Made by a program: the position numbers and the translations under genes
Notes under the pieces: generated by a model
The model's database searches: none
What the model was told of the DNA's origin: nothing
The model's input: the letters and a program-made list of their open reading frames with translations, nothing else
Assembly: GCA_043228905.1 (NCBI GenBank)
Contig: JBHGNT010000002.1
Span: 27,838,001 to 27,902,000, forward strand
Source of the DNA: Azolla caroliniana
Lineage: Eukaryota > Plantae > Polypodiophyta
Direction of reading: 5' to 3'
DNA length: 64,000 bases
Shown: piece by piece, positions 11,738-23,820 of the stretch
Layout: the number at the start of each line of letters is the position of its first letter
Position numbering within the stretch: the first letter of the stretch is position 1

Positions 11738-14603
11738 GTCCCAAATGTCGCCCTTTGGATGCTTCATACATTGATGGACCTCTATACACCACCCACTTGC
11801 TCTTTGCCTTCTGATGGACCTCATTGCTCTCGTTATGCTCTATATGAACCCTTGGAATGACCCGGTCTGATGGACCTAGTTGTCAGTGGCTTTGTTCTAG
11901 TCCATGCTTTTTTATGCAAGTTAATCATTTTCATTTGTTCTTTTGATCTTTGTTTGTTGTTTGTTGTTTGTTATTCTTTATTCTTTATTCTTTATTCTTT
12001 ATTCTTTATTCTTTATTAGTTGTTCTTTGTTCTTTGTTCTTTGTTCGTTCCTCAATGGGCGGGTGATGTGTAACAAGCATGGCTGAGAACTTATACCGCA
12101 TTCGAATAGGTTCATAGATAGGCCTACCATGAATCAAGTTGTTCGTTTGTTTCTTTTAGATGAGGTTTCAAGTCACTTGGCAATACTGCTCAATCCTCAT
12201 TAGGCTTCTTCCATTGCATGACAACTTCATACATGAATTTGAGTTGGTTTTCTATGTGGAGTCTTGACCTACGTTAAATATTCATTATTGTCATTGTCAA
12301 TTGTTGTCAACTTGTCATTCATATCTAATTAATATGTGTCAACTTATCATGTGATCTAAGCCACTATTTGTGAAAGGTCATCTGTTGGTAACGCGATAGA
12401 TTGTTGCCAATCTCGTTAATGAAAAAAAGTTCAAACTTCTTCTAGTTTAATGTGCCCTAAAAATTAAATAGAAAGAGGATAAGGGCCTAAGGCTTGATGT
12501 GAGGAGTTATTGGGATCTCAAAATGGAACCCTCATGTAATAATAATAAAGTGACAAACAAGTGAAAATAATCTTTTTTTTCATCGATGTGTCAAACTTAA
12601 AACATGGATACATTAAATACAAAAAAAAAGTTATGACTTTGTTGAGTTCAATGTTCATGATATGGTAACCAAAAGCAAGGGCATAAAATGGCCATGTGCT
12701 ATATATGTGGTTTGATCTTGTAAGACATATTTGTAGGTATCTCAATCTTAGTATCAATGGAGGAAGTAGATTTTCATGATGCAAGACCAAGGATGTGAAA
12801 AACAGTTGGATCTCTTGCTCTTTTGCCTTGACTCCATCTAACCTAATGGTTTGCATATCATAAGCATTGTTCAATTTACCCTTTATATTTTGATTTTACA
12901 TGATTTCGAAGAAGGTTGTCACCATAACCACATCATTATTATGAAATTGATTGATATGTAACAACATCAACCATTGAGAGCATAATCTTCACTTGATTAG
13001 AAGTTAAAAACTCATTTTTTTATTAAATTGCCCCTCATGCACATGCATACATATTTATTTATGATTTTGGTCTCTAAACATAATGCATTAACCCTACAAT
13101 ATGGAGATTGAGATCATGTTCCACACTTTAGATTCTGATTCAAGGAAACCAAGTGTTATTGTTGTTAGTGCAATTATGGAATGTTTATACTATAAATTAT
13201 GGTTAACTACATTGTTTTGACTTGGACAAACAATCCAAGCACTCTAAATCATAAACTTTACCATGACACCATCACATTTATTCATTTAATGGATACAGGA
13301 AGGGAATGCTATAATGTCATGCTTCATAGCATAATGCATACCTCATTTTAGAATAGTGTCAAACAAATTGATAAAATGATGCATAATTTTCTATTGTTGT
13401 AGGGTTGATAACAACTAAAACGAAAGGATGAATCATGCACAATTTTTATGTCCACACATGCAAATGTGTAAAGTTAATTAGTAGTTTTCCTGCTATATGT
13501 ATTTCTGGTCTTAACTTGCGTCAAAACCAAAGTATGAATATTTCAACAATGTTCTGTGTGAATTTAGGACATACCAAATAATTCCCAAGGGTTTGTTGTC
13601 AAAATATGAGTTTAGGAAATAGCTTCCAAGTCTTTGCATAGCTCTGACGTAATCCTCCAAGAATCCAATGCATGCATCAGTTGACACTAAGCTCTCATAT
13701 CAAGTAAACATCTCGTTTTAGAGGAGAAAGCCTAGCTATAAGAGTGCAACAAAGCATTCAAGACCAAGTCCAAGGAGTAGACCACTTACAGAGTACTGAT
13801 AATGGATATTTCAACATAATTTCACATGTATTAAAAAAGTCAAGAAATAAATGGATTATCTGCATCATCAATGTGTGCATAAATAGCAAGTAATCAAGTC
13901 AAGAATCATCAGGAGTTTTGAGTCAAGACAACAGAGTTAATGGAATCTTACAAGACAATTAAATTTGACAATTTGCATAAGAATCGGCTTCTTGTCACCC
14001 AAAACAATTGCCAGGAGAGATGCAATTCCAAAGTGTCACTACTCAATTCCAAGTGGAGATGATGGTTGATCCATATATGTGTTTACAAAAATAACTCATC
14101 TCCAAAAGTAAGAAGAGAGACCCTCAAAGACAAACAAAAGTGCCTTCATAAACTCTTCTTGTATGTAGTCAATGAACTAGTAAATAGTGTGATACTACAA
14201 TGAGGGCCAATGGAGCCCTATCATATAACACCATCATATATACACATACTTTTACAACCCACTTTTCAGAATCTCTAGTTAGCATAGCTACCTTTCATTT
14301 GTCGACAATAATCATTCTTTATTCCTCAACTTCATTCTTTGCCTTTCAGGCATTTGCATTTGCATTTGCAGTTCATGAAAGCATCATAAAGCTCTCTTCT
14401 GTTAATCAGTTCTCACCAGAAAGTTGAGAATCTGACTTAGAATTACATTGTAACCGCAAAGAAGCTTTAAAACACATAAATAGAATCTGCAAGTTGAGAA
14501 ATGCCCCATATGTGTATTGCCGCATTTTCTGAGACATGTACAGCTTGTTTGCTTAGTATTTAGAATAAACCCTAATTCGAGCATATTTGCATATTCTTCA
14601 TTT

Positions 14604-17600
14604 TTATGATACTCTTGGTTGTCTTAGGGGTGGTTTAAAGAATGGCTGCATCAGCCTTGCGTAGAGGCCATTCCTTGCAATCAAAGCATCATGGCTACCT
14701 TCCTCAACAATATGCCCTTCATTAAGCACAACTATCATGTCCACATGGCGCATCATTGCTAGACGATGAGCAATTAATATTGTTGTCTTATTTCCCATAA
14801 TCAAAGTCTCAAGAGCTTCTTGTACTACACGGCTAGATTCCGATTCAATGGCAGAGCTTGCTTCATCAAGCAGCAATATTGGAGCATTCTTAAGTACAAC
14901 CCTTGCAATAGCAATCCTTTGCTTCTGTCCTGATGTTAACTCCACACCTCTCATACCTACATGAGTATCGTAACCATGAGGCAAACTGCTTATAAAATGA
15001 TGAGCATTTGCAATACGTGCCGCTTCCTTCATTTCAGCTTCAGTGGCATTATGCCTTGCATATATGATATTCTCTCGAATAGAAGTGGAGAATAACACTG
15101 GCTCTTGTTGGACAAGACCCATGTGATTCCTTAGCCATCTTAGGTTTAGAGTCTTTATATCTTTCCCATCAAGAAAAACTTGCCCACACACTGGATCATA
15201 GAACCTTTCGACTAACGCAATAACCGTACTCTTTCCAGATCCCGATGCTCCAACAATGGCCACAGTTTGTCCTCCAGTCACTTTCAAATTGAAACCACTT
15301 AAAACCATAACTTCTGGTCGAGAAGGATACCGAAAATCAACATCTCTCAACTCTAGTGTTCCATAGACATTTGGTAATCTTAGTCCTGATGAATCGTCTG
15401 AATCGATTTGAGGTTTCCGATCGATAAACCCAAACACAGATATCAGAGATTTTCGTCTCTTTAGGATGTAAGGGGCTAGGCCAAAAGGTTCCACTAAGGC
15501 AAAAGTTGCAAAAGAAAATATGATGAACTGCTTTAGAACTCTCGTTTGACTAGTTTCATCTCTCTTCACAACCCCAGCTGCATACCATAGAAGAAATGCA
15601 TTGCAAGCAAAAAGAAGAAACTGAGAGACCCCAAATGCAATGCCTCGAATTTGTCCATTCACAAAACTGTGCATCAATATATTTGATAAATGCCTATCGT
15701 AGACTTCCATGACTTTTTTCTCTGCAGAAAATGCTACTACAGTATAAATATTCCGTACTGCATTTTCCAGTACTGTGCAAGACTTCTTGTGCACCTCTTG
15801 TATGTCACCAGCAAATCCTTCAAGCCATAGCTTCTGCATACATTCCAAATTATTAGAAACAGGAGAAGTTGAACTAGATTTTCTTTCCAAATAAATTGGA
15901 GAATGTATATTGGAAAAATGTTACAAAAAGGTGGCAACCTTAATAATGACTACATAGAAAGATGGCATAAATCATTGTATCGCATATAAACTTATGCTCA
16001 TGATGGGCAAAAGAAGAAGAATTTATTATGAGGTATAGTACAACCTCAAACAACTTGAATCTTTTCTCACATACCTGAGCCACTGCAGAAATTGTGAGAA
16101 AGGGAACAGTAGCCAAGGCTATTAGAGCAACCCGCCACTCTAAGGTAATTCCCACTACAAAAGTCACAATCATGGCTGTCAAGTCCTGGATAAGGATAGA
16201 GAGACGATTGCTAAAAGCTGCTCGAACAAATGTAGCATCATTTGCCAGCTGCATATTAAGAGAATCTGTACAATTCTCTTCCTTATCAAACCAACCCGCT
16301 TCGTTCCTCAAGATGGCTGCAATAACAAGACATAAAATTTATCTTCCACATGCATTTGCAGCAAAATTCAAAAGAAATGGAAGCAACTGCAATGTTAAAT
16401 TAACATCTTCAAAAGACCAAAATGATCAATTACATCCATGTGAATCTTAGAGAATGAATGTCTGGTCATGAGAGAGATAGATACCTGAAAACATCATCCT
16501 TCGAACTCGTTCTGTCATCTTCTCCCCCATAATGCCAAAGTAAAAATGCTGAAGAAAATTGGCCACAACTGTAACCATACCCATCCCAACCACTACAAGA
16601 CACCATTTGTTTACTTCTGACTTAGCATGCTTCTCATCGTTTTCCAACTCATAATAATTCTGCACAACCTGAACAAGGACAAATGCTAGAAGAGGATTAA
16701 ACGATCCAAACACTGCAGCACCCATGCTTCCAAGGATAGCATAAAGCCATTCCGGAGAGCTCAATTTTGCAAGTCGCCACAAAGATGGTGGCTTATTGCT
16801 TATCTTCTCTATAGGTTCTATCATATTTGATCTTGTATCTGGACCAAGTTCCATATATTGGACATCAACTCTACTAAATGTTTTAGAGTGAGACCTTTCG
16901 TTCTTCGGATCAGATGTTAACAATGGGGATACAGGAGATTCTGGATCAGAGTGACCAGATGAAAGCCTTTGTATTGCATTAATGTCTAGTTTGGGAAGAG
17001 GGGGCAAACATATTTCAAAACTATCATGCCACTTGTTTGAGTTAGGAACTTTCTCATTTCCCTCAAAAGGCACACCATTATCTTGTTTCTGATCAATTGG
17101 TGGACTGTTTGGACTAAGTAGTTCTGCTGAACCTTGAATGCCATATTCATATGTCTGGAGAGTATGAACTCCTTGTTGACGCTGAAGTGAAGGAGACTTC
17201 AGAAGCTGTGATGGCTGTGATTGCTGATGAACTGGTGATATAGGTGCTTCCCTGAATAAAGGAGTAACTATCTGCTCTTTCTGCGACTGAGAAGTTGTAA
17301 GTTCTCTTACAGGCTTCACTGATACACTGGATGGCGGAAAAAATATACAGTAAAAAATTTATTCCATTAGTACGCTTCCAAAGTTCATAAAGGAGAAGGA
17401 AAAACCTCCAAACTACTCCAGTGTTTTTCTTTATTTCCTTAAATGCCCCTAAAATTTTGGTATTTCCAAGTATTCTGGTCAACCATTGGGAAAGTCGTGT
17501 ACTTGGGAAAATAAAGAAAAACATTAAGGGTATTTCAGAGTTTTTCCCAACAGAAACTACAAACTTTCCAGGTAAACATATTCAACTTCTATTTACCAAT

Positions 17601-20600
17601 TAACCAAAATACTTTTACAATGAAGTACTAACATAAGACCAAATTCAAAGCACAAGAGCTTCAACATTTTTCTAAGAATTAACCATGGTCATATGTGTTT
17701 CCTTACTGCTTTGGGGGTTTTGCAGCTTCTTCAAGACGAATAAGATTTGTATACAAGCCATTAGCACCCAGTAGAGCCTCATGTGTTCCAAGTTCAACTA
17801 GCTGACCTTCCTCTAAGACAGCAATTATATCTGCACTCCGAACTACTGAAAGACGCTGAGCAATCACAATAGTAGTTCGACCAAGCATTAACAAATCCAA
17901 TGCTTCTTGTACAAGTCGCTCTGCCTCGATGTCAAGAGCACCCGTAGCTTCATCTAATAATAAAATGCATGGATTTTTTAAAACTGCCCTAGCTATTGCT
18001 AGTTTCAGGTTCTGATCCTCAGACAAACGAATGACTGACCCACCAACCTAAAGAGCAATCAAATCAAAAACATGTTTATTATTTTTCACATAAAGATGGA
18101 TAAAGACGGCTCTACTAACAATGTTTTGATATGTATATTACTTGAGTATCATAAGCTTCTGGAAGGGAGCTGATAAATGCGTGTGCATGAGCAATTTTTG
18201 CTGCCTCTTCTATCTCATCCATACTAGCAGATCGACCATACAGAATATTTTCTCTGATGCTGGAGGCAAAAAGAGCAGGCTCTTGGCTTACTAGGCCAAT
18301 TTGACTTCGAAGCCATTCCATCTTCAGATTCTTGATATTTTCTCCATCCAACAGAACCTCACCTAAATAAAGAGAATTTTTAGTTAGATTAATTTCTCAG
18401 AAGTATAAACTCAAAACAGAAAGTAGAAAATAAGGGAAGTACCAAGTGTTGGATCATAAAACCGCTGTATAAGAGGAATGACGCTGCTTTTGCCAGAACC
18501 ATGTTGACCAACTAAAGCAACTGTCTTTCTAGCAGGTATATTAAGAAAGAAGCCACTTAATATAGGAATATCTGGGCGAGATGGATAACTGAAATAGACA
18601 TTTCGAAACTCAAGGTTTCCTTGAACATTAATCAGAGTCTTTCCATCCTCATTGTCATTATAAGACGACCTACTGATCATTTCAAAGAGCCTGTGGGCTG
18701 CAATTCTTCCTTGCTCAAATGCATAGAAATTTGTTGCTGCCTGATTCAAGCCCCTTGCAATAATAAGAGTACATTCTTAGAAGATCCATAAGGAATCCAC
18801 CATACATCAAAAATAGCTCATTAACTGATCTCCTATTCTTCAAAGCTTTTAAGACAAAATGATAATTTAGAAATAGGGGAATCTCTTACAGGCCACTTAG
18901 AATTATCGAGAATAATGCTGTCACTACATCGCCACCATTTACAGCTCCTTTTGACACAAGATATCGTCCAAACCATAACTGCAAGGCACAGGAACATATA
19001 GCAAGACCATATGTAAAACCTAGACCAAGTCCTTGTACCAAACTAATTTGCACCCCATATCGCAGTGTAGCTTGAAGAGCATTAGCATAGGAGTATTTCG
19101 CAAGTGTCTCATTTGCAAAAGCATAGAGTGTCCGAATGTAAGCGATTGCCTGAGTTTTCATCATCACATATCATACATGGCTTAAGAACAGAATACAGTC
19201 AATCGAGACAATTGAGATCTTATACATGTATATGTTCAAATACCTGTTCTGCTATTGTGGCTGCTTCAGCATATGCATCTTGAATGTCTTCAGCGAGTTT
19301 GTGTAGAAAGATGTTTGAAATTCCACCAGCAGCAACAATGAATGGCCCAGTGCCTAATGTGACAAGAGCAATTTGCCAACTGCCAACAAAGCCTATAACA
19401 AGACCCCCTAGAAATGTTGCCATATTGTGAATATAATTTCCCACCTGCTTTGCGTGTTGAAATGTTATTGACCAAATTTCGGAATTCATAAATATTATTA
19501 TCGGTCCTCAACCCAATAGGTTATGAACAGACTACAACAAAACTTTCTTTGCATAAGATAAAATAAAAAATTACCTTCTCACTCAAGGTGAATTGTATAA
19601 GGATAACATCACTCAGAACCTGACTGACAATATCCCCATTATTTCCATAAGTATCAAAAAAACCCATATCCTGGTTAAAAAGGACTCGAACATAACTGGA
19701 ACGTATGAGTGCTGTCTGTCTTTCACCAGTGTAGATCCAGCATGATACCTCTGTTTAACATAAAGGATTCAAGCGTGTGATGATCAGTATCATAAAGAAA
19801 ATAGAGCATCTATTCCTATGCAAATTTAAGTATTTACCAATCCATCCTGCAACTAGCGCACTCCCAGCAACATATAATATGGAAAGACAATGCTGCAAGA
19901 TCACAGAAGTCAGGCATCACACGTCAGCAGGTGGGAAATTGATTGACTTAGTTTTTGGATCCCAACCATACGATATAAATTCATAAAATATTTTGGAAAA
20001 TTAAAGCTAGCAACACAAAGCATTACTACAGGGATACCAAAAGCATACACTCATTGTCAAAATCAAATAATTCACCCAATTGATCAAAAGTAAGCCTCGG
20101 TATAAATATAAACAAGGGGTTTATGAGAGATAAGAACCCCTGATGTACCAATGACTTACAAGAGAGATGGTTTCCATCAAATTTCTATTTAATTTACGAA
20201 CTAATTACACACTTGCAAATGGTTATCAAATCAAATGAGCCAGCATGTTTCTTTAATCTAAGGAAAGCACAATTTAAGTACAATGCAAATCATGCAGAAT
20301 ATAAATGGCATTATGATGCAACATTACTGTTATTCTAAATCGACCAGCAAATGATGAAAGCAATGGAACTTGATTAAATTCATGGCGACACAAAGTAGGC
20401 AATTTGTCTTACATATCTATCTTGTAATTAGAAACTTATACACCATTTGAATTTCATTCCATTGAAAAAAAGTCGAAAATCCTACATTTTAAGGAAATAT
20501 AAGAACATAAACACCTTCATAAATTTATTGTACAACTAAGATTTGGAGCATTTGCATTCTATTTCACTGGGCAATTCATAAATTTTCAGAATCTAGAAAT

Positions 20601-21310
20601 CTGAAGAAAATAGATGAGCATACACACATTCATGGATTCCTTATACAAGTCAGGCAGCTTCAGTGTATTTATATTCCATTTACACTGAGCGAAAATAGAT
20701 TATCAGAATATTGATATCTACAAGAAACATAAGAGCATAAACACCTTCATGAATTCATTATACGACTCAAGTTTTTGACTATCCAATAATATTTAGCATG
20801 AAACGAAGGTGAAAATCAAGGATATGCAAACTTGGCAGCTTGACATGAACCTCTATCTTGTTTAATTCAAAACTTGCACAACACTGCAATCTAATTACAC
20901 TAGCAATAGATAAGGAGCAATACAATGAGGAGCATCCACACCTTCATGAATTCATTATACAGATCAGGTTCCGAATTTGCAGACCCAAACATATTGATAA
21001 TCTGTCCGAAGAAGTAGAGATAGATGGGAAGCGCAGCCCCATGAGCCGCTGCTGCTATAGAAGCAATGATCATCAGAAACCAATCAAAAGGATTTGCATA
21101 TGCAAACAATCTGAAGAATGGAACAGCTGCAGGAGGAGATTCTATCTCATCACTTTCTTCTATGGGCGTGTCTTCATCAATAGGAATTGCATCATTTCCA
21201 ACATCCAAGTATGGAGATGGTGACTCAGGAGGCTCTGAGACTTCCGAAACAGGTGTTAACGGCTGAACATGAGGAGGTGACCATCCAAACAAACCCCTGG
21301 GTAACATCAT
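14604..21310 (-). CDS. ABCB20: Full-size ABCB (P-glycoprotein/MDR) transporter, ABCB6/ABCB20 clade, 1415 aa
   Basis: 11 in-phase exons totalling 4248 nt: 21310-20942, 19892-19838, 19750-19575, 19444-19244, 19149-18890, 18753-18443, 18362-18142, 18047-17707, 17326-16485, 16316-16075, 15833-14604. Clade-typical N-terminus [30 protein letters not shown] and linker [26 protein letters not shown]. Two NBDs: [19 protein letters not shown] and [23 protein letters not shown]6 versus ABCB20 cannot be separated. Confidence 0.95.
20500..20775 (-). repeat. Three degenerate tandem copies of the ABCB exon-1 3' end plus 5' splice site within intron 1
   Basis: The true junction TATAATGAATTCATGAAG|GTGTGGATGCTC recurs near 20741 (GTATAATGAATTCATGAAG|GTGTTTATGCTC), 20624 and 20511, at about 115 bp spacing. 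Confidence 0.8.
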
Positions 21311-22879
21311 TTTCTAGTTCGTTTTCTTTATACAAGACTAGAGTGAGTTAGCATTTATTCATCCAGAAGAAATGTTATGTGAAACAACCTTGATTCATGA
21401 TCAGTCATCAAGCAGAACTGCCAAATGTGAGATCATCAACCTTGATGAATGTCCTTTGCAATGCACTCAACTCTTATTTTTGTTCCTACAGGGATGAGTT
21501 AGAGCTGATATTTCTTGATTAACATGTTCTTCGAGGTATGAGACAAACTTTGTGAATGATGAGCAAATAACCAACATGAATGCCTGACGATTTTTCCCGG
21601 TTAGGAAGTAGTTTCTCAGGAAACTCACAACTTTTGATGGTTTTGAATCAACTTAATGCAGAGAAACATGTGCTAGTTCTGACAGTTTTTATAAGAGATT
21701 CTAACTTCAACAAACAATGAGAGGTTTGAGCTTTCCCTATTCAAAGGAAACCCTTTCAGAAATATCTTTTGTTTGGAACAGACGCATGATCAAAGCTGTT
21801 GCTATGCTCACTTTTTGGGGGGGAGAAGATGACATATTGAAACTCGATGAAATCATTGAGCTTTCAATATTAGGAAATCTTTCAGAGTATTTGCAGGGCT
21901 CATAATTGCTTGGAGATGAAACTCAATGAAAAAAGAAAACCTATCAGAGATCATCAGAAATCCTTCAGAAATATTTGCATCTCCCCGTTTAATTGTATGG
22001 GCCTCAAGAGAATGGAAAGAAACTCGTTTTCAGATTAAAACCTGACGCTGAATCCTGTTCAGAGAATTTCTCTCCAGAAATGAAGTGCAGTGGAAACCAT
22101 AGCTTAATCCAAAAGGGAAACCAAATTCTTTCTCAGAGAATCCACAAGCTTTTAATATTTCTTCAGTCACCAAACATGATGAGAACATTTGCTTTTTTCT
22201 GAATGATTTTTCACATTTTCGCCATCCTCTCAACAAAGTACGAAATGTCTGAGTTTTTGTTCTACTGTATGCGAATATAATCTTCAGAGAATTGACAGGT
22301 TTTGGATTTCTTCAGAAGCAAGAACAGTTAGGAGAGCCTTGTGCTTAATTCTAACAGATTTTTTCTTCTTCTGAATAAATAATGAAATGTGGAGGATAAA
22401 ATCAGTTCAGAAAATTGCAACCTTTTTAAAGCGTTTCTCTTCTCGAGATCTAAACATTTCCTGAAATCAATCCTTTAGCTTAAGTTGAAAGCATTTGGAA
22501 AGTTTTCTGCGAGAGATATTCTCTCCCTAGGAGGAGGTTTCATGGCGTCCTGGTGAAAGAAATAGCACGAAAACGAAAAAACGGCGGAGAGCAAGTAGAA
22601 GATTTCCTGAAGAAGATATTGGATTAAACAAACCTTGAAGGACAATAGACAGGTTTTTGGCTTAAACCCTCTGTTTTTCAATAGAAAACCATCTCTTTGT
22701 TTTTCATTACTCTCTGCTTCATTTCCCTTCCGTGCTTCGAGAAGAGACAGACAGACAGACAATGCCTGCTACAAAAACCTCCTTTCAAACAGCAGCAGAC
22801 ATCTCTTTCTTTAAGTCTTCCTTCCTTCTCCGTCCAGTCAGTAAGTACATATATAGCTCTCCTTCTGCTGCTGCTTCTC

Positions 22880-23500
22880 CTCCTTGTTGAAGGAGAAATA
22901 TGTCTCTATCTCTGTCTCTGTCTCTGTCTCTGTCTCGTTCTGCAAATAGAAGGGGAAAAGAAGAAGCACTGGAGGAGCACCTTTGATATCAGTAGCAGTA
23001 ACAACACATGTCTCCACGTGAGAATAAAGAGCTAGAGAGAGAAGAAGAAGAAGAAGAAGAAGGACTGGAAGAAAAGATTCATGCAGAATTAGGGTTTCAA
23101 GGGCGGGATGAGAGAGGTCGCCATAGCCAGCAGCAGGAAGCCGCCAGTTTCTGTTCCTTCTTTCTTTCTTCCTTTGATTTTCCACTTTTTTCTTTTCTTT
23201 TCAATCTTTTTCCTTTTTGGTGGTGGTGGTGGTCTGCCTGTGAAGAAGAAAAGATCAGACGAAAGGATCAGAAGAAGAAGCAGAAGAAGCAGAAGAAGAA
23301 AAGCAGCTGCAGCAAATTCCTCTTCCTGCTTTTTCTCTTTCTTCTTCTTCCTCTGAAGCTCTCTGTTTTTGTTTTTGTTTTTGTTTTTTGTTTACTAGAA
23401 TCACAAAAAATGAAGCATTCCTCACAAATTCTCTCTCTCTCTCTCTTTTCTTCTTTTTCTTTATAAAAATTCTCTCTCTATATATATATATACATATATC
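22880..23500 (-). promoter_or_regulatory. Probable ABCB promoter/5' leader: TATAAA near 23460, (GA)n and (GAA)n tracts, telo-box AAACCCTAA near 23090
   Basis: Typical plant TSS-proximal microsatellites and a TATA-like box oriented towards the ABCB ATG 2.1 kb downstream. TSS is inferred only. Confidence 0.4.
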
Positions 23501-23609
23501 TAACATGTGTGTGCTCTTGCTCTTGCTCTTGCTCTTTGTGAAGAATTTGAATACTAATAATACTAAAAATTAAACAACTTGTACATACAACCTAGGGTTT
23601 TCGGTACAA

Positions 23610-23820
23610 CCTGCCTGTCGACATGTCGGCTCAAAAGTTTGGAACTGCTTTTATGCCCCGATGTTTTCGCTTGGAACCACTTCTTTATGCCGATGTTTTT
23701 GGCTCGAAAGACTAGAAGTGCTCTTACGCCAATGTTTTTTGGCTTGGAAGCCTAGAACTGCTTTACGCCGACATTTTGGCTTGGAAGCTCGTTTTTGGCT
23801 TAGAAGCCTGGAACTACTTA
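23610..23820. repeat. Degenerate ~40 bp tandem repeat, about 5 copies
   Basis: Recurrent GCC(G/A)ATGTTTT...GGCT(C/T)G(G/A)AAG..TAGAA(C/G)TGCT units. Confidence 0.7.

Noticed and set aside
11384-11860. 100-158 aa ORFs rich in C/M/Y/V
   Set aside because: Translations of the (TATG)n microsatellite.
17990-18030. Degenerate ABC signature (LSEDQ) as a sign of pseudogenisation
   Set aside because: A non-canonical NBD1 signature is typical of the ABCB6/20 clade, and the frame is intact.
22697-23573. Several overlapping ORFs upstream of ABCB
   Set aside because: Low-complexity products of (GAA)n, (CT)n and (GTTTTT)n tracts.
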